In this document: positions 29,888 through 39,495 of the stretch, one piece after another
How positions within the stretch are numbered: the first letter of the stretch is position 1
Layout: each line of letters begins with the position of its first letter
IMG/VR virus record: IMGVR_UViG_3300025000_000053
Location: 62,001 to 126,000 of that record
Strand: one strand, 5' to 3'
DNA length: 64,000 bases
Position numbers and translations under genes: made by a program
The notes under the pieces: generated by a model
What the model was told of the DNA's origin: nothing
The model's database searches: none
The model's input: the letters and a program-made list of their open reading frames with translations, nothing else

Positions 29888-30933
29888 TTATTTTAAAGAT
29901 TTTTTAACCAATAAACCTTTTGTAACTAGATCACTAGAAATTCCCATTGATATTAAATGCACATCAATTAAATTTAATGTTACCTTATTTTCAACATTAT
30001 TAGTTAAACTATCTAAAGAAACAAATCCTTTTTGGGCTATAAAGGCATACATTTCATTTTTCATAACCATATCATCTGCTCTAGGCGTAAAAGTTCATAT
30101 TGTTTGTTAAACAATACAGTTCTCTTATGAACTTCCCTAACTTTCATTAGGATACCAGACTATATCATTAACCTAATAATTTCTTATTGGGCTACTTCCT
30201 ATTTCGATTTAAGGGATTTTCACCCACTCACTTGAGCCCTACTCCTGTTGCTTATTTCAAAGCTAAAGGATAGTCGTTGAACCTTTCTCTAATATATTAG
30301 AGACTTAGCTGCGGATCACTCAATCTTTTTATTATATAATAAAAAGCTCTAAGAGCTTCCCCGACAATTAAAGAAGTTTTCTATATATGTTACCACATAT
30401 AGGGGCTAAGCTATGTAACCCATGAGTTCTCGTAATGCATCATTAGCTCCAACAGATAATAAAGAAAAGTTTTCTTGATCTGATTCCCTAGCATTTTTAT
30501 CTTCACCAACAACCTGACCAGTCATTGCAGAACGACTTGAACTCTTTGTTGATAAAGTATTTTTTTTACTTAAGAATTGTTGCATTCTTTTAATATGGAC
30601 ATAACCAACAGGTACTTCATATTTAGTAATAATTGGATTATCAATACTGTTATTGACAAAAGGTACTACAACTCTTTCAAATAAAGGTATATCTAATACT
30701 TTTGCAGCTTTTGTTATATTTTCAATATTTAATTCTCTTTCATAATCAATCATATCTAAAATAAGATATTGCTCAATATCTTTAAAAAATTCTTTAAAAA
30801 ATATATCAAATTGATTATCAGACATTGATTGAAACATGTCTTTATATTTTTTAGTATTCGCATCTGTTGGGTCTAATGCACTAAATGTATCATAAATCAA
30901 TTTTTCCATTTTTTTTCTTTTGTCTTTAGTCAT
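29888..30933 (-). CDS. rpoB: Second RNA polymerase beta-like C-terminal subunit (probably virion RNAP); 2 exons, about 237 aa
   Basis: Exons 30933-30418 and 30085-29888. VGYVHIKRMQQ, TGQV, ARESDQE, ELMG|PRADD match the beta YMxKL...QRxGEME...ExLTxKSDD region. Confidence 0.8.
30086..30417 (-). ncRNA. Group I intron I7, no ORF
   Basis: GGT| 5' site (P1 GGGT/GCCC), terminal G before CCT AGA GCA; canonical core. Confidence 0.9.
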
Positions 30934-31036
30934 TTTTATCCTCCTTTACTAAAAATCACATCTATATTCTTAAAATTTTGTTCTGTAAATATGAAAAAAC
31001 AATTATTTAAAATAAAAAAGAAGGGATGATTTTAAT

Positions 31037-31513
31037 ATGAAGAAAAATATTCTTATTATTAAAAGGGAACTTAATATAATAAAATTAGATTATTTAGATG
31101 AAAATAAAAATGTTATAGATAGAATAACTTATCAAATAAAAAATATGGGATATGAGGCATTTGATGATTTTAAAACTACTATAGTACCTTTTTTTAAAAA
31201 GTATTTTAAAAACTCTGAAATAATTTTTTTAAATGAGCGCCATTTATTAACTTTATTTGTAAAACTATTAAAAATCTGTATTAAAGATGGTAAGGTACCT
31301 CCAATAAGAGCTAATATCAATGAGAAAAAAAGACATTTTTTTATAAATATATTAAAAGATATTGATACTTCAATAATTGAATCAAATAAAACTATGACTT
31401 TTAATTTATTTAGATATTTTGATTATTTAGTATTAAAATATTGCTGGTTAGATATAGGGAAAAAAATAATAAATAATTACAATTTAAAAGATATTGATTT
31501 AATAAATAAATAA
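31037..31513 (+). CDS. Hypothetical protein
   Basis: 158-aa ORF; AAGGGA SD; ends at a convergent terminator. Confidence 0.6.
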   Translation: MKKNILIIKRELNIIKLDYLDENKNVIDRITYQIKNMGYEAFDDFKTTIVPFFKKYFKNSEIIFLNERHLLTLFVKLLKICIKDGKVPPIRANINEKKRHFFINILKDIDTSIIESNKTMTFNLFRYFDYLVLKYCWLDIGKKIINNYNLKDIDLINK

Positions 31514-31515
31514 TA

Positions 31516-31554
31516 AAATTTACTAATGTGGTTTTATTCCACATTAGTAAATTT
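31516..31554. terminator. Bidirectional terminator between convergent genes
   Basis: AAATTTACTAATGTGG...CCACATTAGTAAATTT, 16-bp stem. Confidence 0.65.
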
Positions 31555-31561
31555 ATTTGTA

Positions 31562-32461
31562 TTAGAACAATTGAACATTAATATTTGTAGATGCACCTTG
31601 ACCAGCAATCTTATTAACAAGAAGTTTTAATCCAACTGCTGATTTTACATCAATATTTAAAGTTTGCTTTGGTGATTGTCCTGTTACACCAGCAAGAACA
31701 TTAATTGTTTGTAAAGGTCCTTGATACCATTTAACACCATCACTAAACCAAGGAATAATTTCTAATGATGGTAAACTTCGTAAATCAGTAAATGAAAAAT
31801 CAATTCCGATTATAGCACTAATTTTTCCTGTGCAATCAATAGTAGCAATCCCAGCTGCTTCTGGTGTATATGCATTGTTTACTACAAAAGGTACTGCTGT
31901 TGAAGCTATTCCAGTACCTACAACTTGAACATTAACTTTACCAGCAGAACCACCAACACCTATAGTAGCAACTGCTGTTACAGCACAACCAGCTAATCTT
32001 TGAGCTTCAGTTATTCTTGCAACCCAAAGAGGAGCGGCCTCAGCTGTTGATAATAATATATCATAATAAGTAGCTCCCACAACTTGCGGAATAGTTATAT
32101 CAATTGATTTGTCAGCAGTTGGTGTTACTGTAACTAATGCAGATACTCCAGCAGTTCCATAAATATTTCCTGGTGCGACCCCTATACCATGAACAGCATT
32201 AGTTAATGAACCTCCAACTTCGGCTTGGTCAACAGCAGTAATAGTTGGAACTATGAGTTTATCCACAGCAGTTATATTAACACGATGGGGTATTACATCA
32301 CTTCTACTACCAACTATTTTACTTAATAGTGTACCATCAATATCATGTCTTTGAGGTGTAATTAATCCAGATGGTAACATTGAATAAGGAATTTGCTGTA
32401 TAGCCATATCACCATCATGGTCTGTATAAAATATTTTCTTGGGTAATCCAAACATCAACAT
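31562..32461 (-). CDS. Putative virion structural/decoration protein (Ala/Gly/Val/Thr-rich)
   Basis: Beta-rich composition; N-terminus shared with 39496..39999 (PYxMLPSGLxxPQxHDxDG). Confidence 0.6.
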   Translation of the reverse strand: MLMFGLPKKIFYTDHDGDMAIQQIPYSMLPSGLITPQRHDIDGTLLSKIVGSRSDVIPHRVNITAVDKLIVPTITAVDQAEVGGSLTNAVHGIGVAPGNIYGTAGVSALVTVTPTADKSIDITIPQVVGATYYDILLSTAEAAPLWVARITEAQRLAGCAVTAVATIGVGGSAGKVNVQVVGTGIASTAVPFVVNNAYTPEAAGIATIDCTGKISAIIGIDFSFTDLRSLPSLEIIPWFSDGVKWYQGPLQTINVLAGVTGQSPKQTLNIDVKSAVGLKLLVNKIAGQGASTNINVQLF

Positions 32462-32489
32462 ATTTTTTATCCCCTTTCTTTTATTTTAT

Positions 32490-33644
32490 TTAGTTGTTCC
32501 GTTGAATACTTGCTACAAAAAATGTAAATAAAGCTCTTCTAAAATTATTTATAGTAGCTAATCTTTGAGTTTTTTTATATGTTCCTAGTTCTTCTAACCA
32601 ACCATCAAGAACTTTTTTAATCTTAATAATATTTTTATCAGATGTATTGGATTTTTTATATAATTCTAGACAATATACTAAAAATTCATTACTACCAATT
32701 TGCTGAATTGTATTTTGTGAATCAAATAAAAATAGAAATAGTATACTATCAATAATAGTTCTTATCTCTTCTCTTTTTTCTTGTACTAATAAATTTTCAA
32801 TATAATTTCTTAATTCACTTACACTAACTTGACATAATTTAGCTGATAATGTAATTGAATTTATATTAGGACCATTAACAATTAGTTTAAGAACTACTGC
32901 ATTAGTAATTCTTTCTATAGCATATATGTTACTATCAGATTCATGATAATTACCTTCTTCAAAATTATCACTTTCTAAATTCATATATTTTTTGTCTTTG
33001 TGATTATCATAAAACTCATTAGCAATTTTTCTCATTAACATATTTAAACGGGTTTTTATAGCCTGAATATAATCAACTATTTCTTTGTCACTACCATGAA
33101 TTAATTCATCACTATATTTTTTATCACTAACAAAGGAAGTATCTATTAAAGCATTATGTATAGTGCCAGTTTGTTTAATTTTAAATTTATTAGATAAATT
33201 ATTAATAGTATAGTTCATAATATTTTCATTAGGTTCAAATTCAAAGAATTTATGATGTAAAGAAGGATACATTGATAATGTTAAATATATTAAAACTATA
33301 TCGGCCATATCATTCATTTTTTTTATTTTAAAATATCTAATAGCTAAACAACAAGCTGAATTGAATGGATTATTCATTATTTGCCACTGAGTTTTAATTG
33401 TAGGTGAATTTTTAATAATTTCTTTAATCTTTAGTGGATCGACTTCTATAGCTTTATATACTTCATTCATATCATCTTCTGAAAATATGGTTCTATGAAT
33501 AGGGCCGATAGTAGATAATTTATTACTATTTATATCTATATATCTTCCAACGGCTTTTTTTAAATTTAAAACATTTTCTTTTTTTGATAACCCTTTCTCT
33601 ATTAAAGGATAAAGTTCAGTAATTAATACTTTATCATTAGGCAA
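32490..33644 (-). CDS. Hypothetical jumbo-phage protein
   Basis: 384-aa ORF. Confidence 0.75.
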   Translation of the reverse strand: MPNDKVLITELYPLIEKGLSKKENVLNLKKAVGRYIDINSNKLSTIGPIHRTIFSEDDMNEVYKAIEVDPLKIKEIIKNSPTIKTQWQIMNNPFNSACCLAIRYFKIKKMNDMADIVLIYLTLSMYPSLHHKFFEFEPNENIMNYTINNLSNKFKIKQTGTIHNALIDTSFVSDKKYSDELIHGSDKEIVDYIQAIKTRLNMLMRKIANEFYDNHKDKKYMNLESDNFEEGNYHESDSNIYAIERITNAVVLKLIVNGPNINSITLSAKLCQVSVSELRNYIENLLVQEKREEIRTIIDSILFLFLFDSQNTIQQIGSNEFLVYCLELYKKSNTSDKNIIKIKKVLDGWLEELGTYKKTQRLATINNFRRALFTFFVASIQRNN

Positions 33645-33682
33645 TTTTAATCACAACCTTTTATATTTTTATCGTTATTATT

Positions 33683-34924
33683 ATGTTAAAGAACAAAGTT
33701 ATAATAGGAAAAAGAAAGGTCGGTGTATTTTTTATGAGTATTCTACTAGGTAACAAATGTATTAAACACATCATACCTGTTAAAGAAACATATTATGGTA
33801 AATCTAAAGAATTTATTAAGATTGAGAATGAATTAAAAAAAATAATAGATATGGTGAGAGATGATGAAAAAAAAAGTATATTTAAATCCAGGACTGATAT
33901 TGATAACTCTTCACCTAATCAAAATATACAAGATATCTTTACAAAATACTTTAAAATAAAAGGTATAAAAATTCATTGGTCTGATAATGTACCTAATGCA
34001 TATACTATAATAGTTTCACTACCTATTATGTATTTAGTTAATCAGCAAAAATTACAAGAAAATAAAAAATTTATAAATGATGAACTTAGTATATATATCT
34101 TTTTATCAACCACTTTAATTTCAACTTGTGATTTAAATGAAAAGGAATTACTAGCTATAATTCTCCATGAAATAGGTCATAATTTTACAATAACCCCATT
34201 TTATTTTATATCGACATTGCCTTTATTAATGGTAGCACCATTTGGTTGGTTATTATCACCATTAATTCAAACAGGTATATCGGAATTAATGATAGCCATA
34301 GGTAATTTTTTTAAAAAACATTTACCATTTATATATAATTTTAAAAATATGTTAGAAAACTTTCTAAGTAGTATTTCTGGTGCATTAGTAGTAAGTCCAG
34401 AAAAATTATTTAGAATAGTTCAACTTTTACCTGTTTATATGTTTGAAATGATTCCAGGTTATTATGAAGAGAAATTTTCTGATACATTCGCAGCTTCTTA
34501 TGGATATGGTAAAGATTTGTCATCAGCTCTATATAAATTATCTAATCAAAAAAAATCTTTATATAATAAAGTCATAGTTGAAACCCCTATTATAAATTTA
34601 GTTGCTGATTTTTATAAAATTATAATTGATTGTGTTATATCATTTATAGATCCACATCCTAATGTTCAAACAAGAATTGTTGTAATGATAGATAAATTAA
34701 AAAGAGATTTAGATGACCCTAATATACCTAAAGATTTAAAAATAGAACTAAAAAATAATATTAAATATATTGAGGACTATTATAATGAATTTTATTTAAA
34801 TGACCCATATACTAAAAAACACAAAGTGTTTACTCAAATGACATTAAAATTATATGATAAAATATTAGGAACTAAAGATTGGAGAAGTGGAATGAGTAAT
34901 TTCTTTAAAAATTATGAAGCATAA
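33683..34924 (+). CDS. Zn-metalloprotease-like protein (M48-like HExxH)
   Basis: LHEIGH, EEKFSDTFAASYGY, HPNVQTRI, hydrophobic segment. Confidence 0.7.
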   Translation: MLKNKVIIGKRKVGVFFMSILLGNKCIKHIIPVKETYYGKSKEFIKIENELKKIIDMVRDDEKKSIFKSRTDIDNSSPNQNIQDIFTKYFKIKGIKIHWSDNVPNAYTIIVSLPIMYLVNQQKLQENKKFINDELSIYIFLSTTLISTCDLNEKELLAIILHEIGHNFTITPFYFISTLPLLMVAPFGWLLSPLIQTGISELMIAIGNFFKKHLPFIYNFKNMLENFLSSISGALVVSPEKLFRIVQLLPVYMFEMIPGYYEEKFSDTFAASYGYGKDLSSALYKLSNQKKSLYNKVIVETPIINLVADFYKIIIDCVISFIDPHPNVQTRIVVMIDKLKRDLDDPNIPKDLKIELKNNIKYIEDYYNEFYLNDPYTKKHKVFTQMTLKLYDKILGTKDWRSGMSNFFKNYEA

Positions 34925-34961
34925 AAAAATAAGAGTTGTATAATATACAACTCTTATTTTT
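34925..34961. terminator. Bidirectional terminator
   Basis: 17-bp stem AAAAATAAGAGTTGTAT/ATACAACTCTTATTTTT between convergent genes. Confidence 0.7.
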
Positions 34962-35391
34962 AATCTTTTATAAATCTTATAAAAGATTCAATAAACTCCC
35001 TAGATAGTAAATATCTATATGTGCCATTTATAGTAATAAATGTATTTTTGTCAACATCAATCCAACAACCACGTATACTTGTACCCCAACTAATCCAATC
35101 ATTCATATTTAAAATATTACATACAATAATAAATTTTTTGTAATTATCTTTATTTTCGGTATATTCAAAATTTTTTCTATTATAAATAACCTCAATAATA
35201 TTAAATATATCTTTACCAAATTCAATGTCCAAATCTAAATCATATGTTACTAAATCAAATATAGAACTAGCTAAAAATGCAAATTTTTTATCTTGATTAG
35301 ATATATTTTCATCAAATTTTTCTTGTTCTTCTCCCCAACTTTCTTTTTCACATTCATACCAATCACTATATAATTTTTGAATTCTTTCCAT
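34960..35391 (-). CDS. Hypothetical protein
   Basis: 143-aa ORF (ISWGTSIRGCW); AAGGAGG SD. Confidence 0.7.
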   Translation of the reverse strand: MERIQKLYSDWYECEKESWGEEQEKFDENISNQDKKFAFLASSIFDLVTYDLDLDIEFGKDIFNIIEVIYNRKNFEYTENKDNYKKFIIVCNILNMNDWISWGTSIRGCWIDVDKNTFITINGTYRYLLSREFIESFIRFIKD

Positions 35392-35410
35392 TATATTAAA
35401 ACCTCCTTAT

Positions 35411-35452
35411 AAAAAATAAAGTTACGTGGATTATTCACGTAACTTTATTTTT
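35411..35452 (-). terminator. Terminator, related copy at 35889..35931
   Basis: AAAAAATAAAG-TTACGTG-gattatt-CACGTAA-CTTTATTT. Confidence 0.65.
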
Positions 35453-35458
35453 ATTAAA

Positions 35459-35806
35459 TTAAGCTGATATATTTTCCTCAGAAACACAAATTAAATCAAT
35501 ACCAATTTCTTTGTTATTTTCATTGATGATAATATCAAATTTAACAACATCCCCAACTTTCATTGCTGGACAAATTAAATTTGAGTATACATCAGGTAAC
35601 TTACCTTGTTCCCTTTCAATAAATCCATAACCTTTCTTTATAGACTTAATAACGCCGATACAGTTTTCTTCTGATATTTCTCCTGGTAAATAGTAAGTTT
35701 CTTGTTTAAAAACTTTATCAGTAACTTTAATACTGTTACTAGTTTTACTTATAATTCCCTCATTAAAAACCTTTTTTGACTTTCTGTTATTTTTATGTTT
35801 TGACAT
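35459..35806 (-). CDS. Cold-shock/OB-fold-like nucleic-acid-binding protein
   Basis: GVIKSIKKGYGFIE (RNP1-like) and KVGDVVKFDI. Confidence 0.55.
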   Translation of the reverse strand: MSKHKNNRKSKKVFNEGIISKTSNSIKVTDKVFKQETYYLPGEISEENCIGVIKSIKKGYGFIEREQGKLPDVYSNLICPAMKVGDVVKFDIIINENNKEIGIDLICVSEENISA

Positions 35807-35888
35807 TAAAACAACCTCCCTTAAAATATTGTATTATCTATTTAATAATATATACATAAAAATTTCTTTAAAAAATATGATGACATAC

Positions 35889-35931
35889 AAAAAAATAAAG
35901 TCTACATGGATTATTCACGTAGACTTTATTT
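35889..35931 (-). terminator. Terminator, related to 35411..35452
   Basis: AAAAAATAAAGTCTAC...GTAGACTTTATTT with the same loop. Confidence 0.6.
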
Positions 35932-35937
35932 CATATA

Positions 35938-36408
35938 TTAAAAATCATCACCCATTAATTTCATCATATCATTTTCAAAATCATCATCCATTTCTCTTGC
36001 AACATCTTTCCAATACTGATTTGAATAATCTTCATTACTTTTTCTTTCATATTCAAGTCTTTTCTGTTCTTTTTTTGTCATACTCCTTACTTTTACAATT
36101 TTCATATTTTTACCATCAGTGGATTTTATTTTTATTTCTGAATTTGTAATCCACTCAAATTTATCACCTTCATAAAATACCATTGCACAACTTCCTTTAA
36201 AAGTGACAAGTATCATTGGCTTTTGTTCACTGAAAAGTTTAGAACCAATCAGATGATGTCTTGATACCCTTGCCTGCAATTCATTTCCTAAAAATATTTC
36301 TTTTCCTTCACGGACTGTATATCTCCCAAAATGTGACAATTCCATCACATTTCTTAATGCGGTTAAAACAGAATTTAAGGTTAACATATTCAAAGTTACT
36401 TTAATCAT
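35938..36408 (-). CDS. Hypothetical protein
   Basis: 156-aa ORF; AAGGAGG SD; promoter motif at 36482. Confidence 0.7.
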   Translation of the reverse strand: MIKVTLNMLTLNSVLTALRNVMELSHFGRYTVREGKEIFLGNELQARVSRHHLIGSKLFSEQKPMILVTFKGSCAMVFYEGDKFEWITNSEIKIKSTDGKNMKIVKVRSMTKKEQKRLEYERKSNEDYSNQYWKDVAREMDDDFENDMMKLMGDDF

Positions 36409-36561
36409 AATTTCCTCCTTAATAATCTAATAAGTATATTTATTTCCCCTTATTAGTGGGAATAATTATTTATTCATTTAAATAATATATATTTATTTAA
36501 TATAAATATACTAAAAAAATAATATCTATATATTCGGAACATAGATATTATTTTTTATTTA

Positions 36562-37239
36562 TTAATTTATATTAATTTGTTGTTTATTTTGAGGTAATAA
36601 TTTAATAATTGTATCTTTAAAGTTGGTAAGATCAATTTCTAGTTGTTCGATATTATTTATAATAATATTATCATTTAATAATAACTTTTCAATTTCAATA
36701 AATTTAATGTATTCTCTTAACTTATCCCCTTCACATCTAAATATAAAATTATCTTTTAAATTATTATATCTTAATCTATACATACTACACATTATACATT
36801 CTTTTTTAACACCAGTATTACGACATATTGAATGGATAGAATTAGTCCAATATTGTTTAAACCATATTCCATTATCAGATAAAATTAAATCATAACCTTT
36901 TTGTTCATTTACCTTCCCCCTATAATTTATCACTCGTATTTTCTTTAATTGTCCCTGTGTTATTATAACATCTTTATTTGTTTTAGAAGTTATATGAGTA
37001 AAATTTATTATTAAATTATTAGACACACTAAATGCAGGATACATTGATGAAACTCTATATATCGCTTCAGTTATATTTTTGATATTATTTAATAGTGGAA
37101 TACTAAAATCATTTATAAAAACTTTTGAAAATAATGGTGCAAAATAAAAATTATACTTTACATTCATTGATAAATCAAGTTCACCTATTTTATAAGCCCA
37201 ACTACTAACTACTTTAGACATAATTTCTCCTTTTAACAA
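36562..37239 (-). CDS. Hypothetical protein
   Basis: 225-aa ORF (start probably MSKV); promoter motif at 37320. Confidence 0.65.
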   Translation of the reverse strand: MLKGEIMSKVVSSWAYKIGELDLSMNVKYNFYFAPLFSKVFINDFSIPLLNNIKNITEAIYRVSSMYPAFSVSNNLIINFTHITSKTNKDVIITQGQLKKIRVINYRGKVNEQKGYDLILSDNGIWFKQYWTNSIHSICRNTGVKKECIMCSMYRLRYNNLKDNFIFRCEGDKLREYIKFIEIEKLLLNDNIIINNIEQLEIDLTNFKDTIIKLLPQNKQQININ

Positions 37240-37358
37240 TATATATCCAGTATGGATTATATTATCCCAATAGTATATTTATTTCCTCCATTGGTAGGAA
37301 TAATATTTATTTCTAAAAGATAATATATATATAAATTTTTTAATTATACTAGATAAAA

Positions 37359-37400
37359 AATTTATATAGATAATGTTATATAACATTATCTATATAAATT
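37359..37400. repeat. 42-bp perfect spacerless palindrome
   Basis: AATTTATATAGATAATGTTAT|ATAACATTATCTATATAAATT. Confidence 0.9.
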
Positions 37401-37404
37401 AGGT

Positions 37405-37731
37405 TTAATACATATATAAAATAAAATTAATTACTAAATGTAATATTTGATCAACGAATAAATAAACTTTTGGATTTTTATGTCCATTTTTAGCTTTATC
37501 AAAGTCTATAATCATATGTGATATAATTAAAACTAAAGCTTTCCATACCATATAGACACCTAAAAATTTAAAACATAAAGAAATTGTTAAACCATAAATT
37601 ACACTATGGGCTAACAAACTAGAAAAATATTTCCCTTTAGTTTCTGAAAGAAAAGGACCTTGTAATGGATAATCCGCAAGATAATGAGCAAATAATATCC
37701 ATAATAAATTTTCCATAATTATATTATTCAT
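37405..37731 (-). CDS. DUF3307-like membrane protein
   Basis: AHYLADYPLQ, AHS, SHMIIDF, DQILHL. Confidence 0.75.
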   Translation of the reverse strand: MNNIIMENLLWILFAHYLADYPLQGPFLSETKGKYFSSLLAHSVIYGLTISLCFKFLGVYMVWKALVLIISHMIIDFDKAKNGHKNPKVYLFVDQILHLVINFILYMY

Positions 37732-37773
37732 CCTCCGTTTTTCTATAATATGGATAAATTATCCATAAATATT

Positions 37774-38190
37774 TTAATTAAAAAAATCTTGAATTAAGTC
37801 CTTTATTTGTTCAATAGAAATATAAATTATTTTCTGTATTGAATCTGTTTCACTGATTTCTTCTTTTTTTAAATCTTTCTCATAATTTATTAAAAATTCG
37901 TCAATCCATTTTAATAATAATTCTGTTGTTATTTGTCCTTTATGTTCAGGTTCTTTTTTACCTGATATATTATTTAAAAATTTTCTCATATTTTCATGAT
38001 ATGAATCAAAAATGAGTTTTTTTTCACGACATTCTCGAAGTATTCTATAATATGAAGCTTTACCAATAATCATAGTTTCACATATAATTATTCTAATATC
38101 ACTAAGTTTTCTATTTTTATTTTTTAAGTTATTATATAAAATAGAAAACTCATTAAGTTTACCTATATCATTCATATATGAAATTAACAC
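37774..38190 (-). CDS. Hypothetical protein
   Basis: 138-aa ORF; AAGGAGG SD. Confidence 0.6.
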   Translation of the reverse strand: MLISYMNDIGKLNEFSILYNNLKNKNRKLSDIRIIICETMIIGKASYYRILRECREKKLIFDSYHENMRKFLNNISGKKEPEHKGQITTELLLKWIDEFLINYEKDLKKEEISETDSIQKIIYISIEQIKDLIQDFFN

Positions 38191-38337
38191 CTCCTTTATT
38201 TTAAAGTATTTATTTAATTGTTTAATTGACTGTAATAAATTAATTTATTACTTAAATAAAGTAAATTCTTTTTACTTAAACATTTTTTAAATAAACAATT
38301 AAATAAAAAATACTTATCTAAAAGGAGGAGTTATTAA

Positions 38338-38676
38338 ATGCTAACTAAACCGAAAGTTATATATCGGGGTCAGCCTGGTGCAACAGAAACAAAATTATAT
38401 ACTGTTCCGGAAGGAAAAAATCTAGTAAAAATTACAGAAATCATTATTAGTAATACAACAGCAGTAGCCGCAACAATAAGTTTATCTGTTGTTCCTCTTG
38501 GTGGTACCGCCGGAGTTACTAACAGAATTAAGGTTGCTGAAGAAATAGCAGCTAATAAGTCTGAAGTTGTTGAAGTTGAAATTCCGATGCAAGTTGGAGA
38601 TTTTATAAGTGCATTGCAAGGTACTGCCGGTTCATTAACTTTAACTATTTCAGGTGAAGAAATTATGGCTTATTAA
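38338..38676 (+). CDS. Small virion structural-type protein, paralogue of 39136..39468
   Basis: YRG...LYTVP...II.SNTT..AATISLSVVP...NRI; AGGAGG SD. Confidence 0.7.
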   Translation: MLTKPKVIYRGQPGATETKLYTVPEGKNLVKITEIIISNTTAVAATISLSVVPLGGTAGVTNRIKVAEEIAANKSEVVEVEIPMQVGDFISALQGTAGSLTLTISGEEIMAY

Positions 38677-38794
38677 AACAAATATATTTTCATTATTATC
38701 ATATTAATATGATAATAATGAAAATTATTTTTATTAATCCATTAAATTATTAAAACAAATATTTAAAAGTATTGAAAGGAAGTGATATATTATT

Positions 38795-39136
38795 ATGAGC
38801 TATCTAGTTATAAATGAAGATGATATTATAACTAATTGGGAAAGTGTTGATCCGGTATTATTAAATAAAGTTGTTGGAATCGAGGTCAATGATGACAATA
38901 ATATTAAAATCAGAATAGGTAATGATATTGATGTGTTTAGTGACTTACATGTAATGTGGTCTGGTACTAAAACAGAATTTGAAAGTATTTTCACTAAAAT
39001 AAGTGAAAAAGTACAAAATGTGATAGACACAAATATTTCTATTAGTGCAGCAATAAAAAATGTTACGGACATATCTACACAAATGTCCGTTTTTAATGAA
39101 CATAAAATAAGACAAATAATGGGGGTTGATTTATAA
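38795..39136 (+). CDS. Small protein with a degenerate Mtd_N-like fibre N-terminal motif
   Basis: NWESVDPVLLNKVVGIE...IRIGNDIDVFSDL versus NWELNNPILPDGELGIE...LKTGNGVDTWNDL. Confidence 0.6.
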   Translation: MSYLVINEDDIITNWESVDPVLLNKVVGIEVNDDNNIKIRIGNDIDVFSDLHVMWSGTKTEFESIFTKISEKVQNVIDTNISISAAIKNVTDISTQMSVFNEHKIRQIMGVDL

Positions 39137-39468
39137 TGCCAACTTTAGCTAAAGTTTTATACAGAGGATTAATAGGTACGGTAGAAGAAACAGTTTACAC
39201 AGTTCCAGCAGCCACTACAACTATTATAACTGGAATGGTTGTATGTAATAATACTGCTTTGGCCGCTACGTTAACACTATCGGTTGTACCCGATGAAGGG
39301 GCAGCAGATTTACCTAATCGTATAATGAATACTGAAGAAATAGATGGTAGGGAATCTACAAGTCTTAAATATACTCTACCTATGCAAACAGGTGATTTTA
39401 TCAGTGGTCTACAAGGAACTGAAAATGCCCTGACTGTAACTATATATGGCGTAGAAATAACTCAATAA
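39136..39468 (+). CDS. Small virion structural-type protein, paralogue of 38338..38676
   Basis: YRG...VYTVPA...NNTALAATLTLSVVP...NRI. Confidence 0.7.
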   Translation: MPTLAKVLYRGLIGTVEETVYTVPAATTTIITGMVVCNNTALAATLTLSVVPDEGAADLPNRIMNTEEIDGRESTSLKYTLPMQTGDFISGLQGTENALTVTIYGVEITQ

Positions 39469-39495
39469 ATAGTAAAGAGAAAGGAGTTGTGAACT

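Noticed and set aside
11026-30417. Recurring 40-100 nt repeats as a CRISPR array or IS elements
   Set aside because: They are dispersed, lack spacer periodicity, terminal repeats and a transposase, and map to group I intron core elements.
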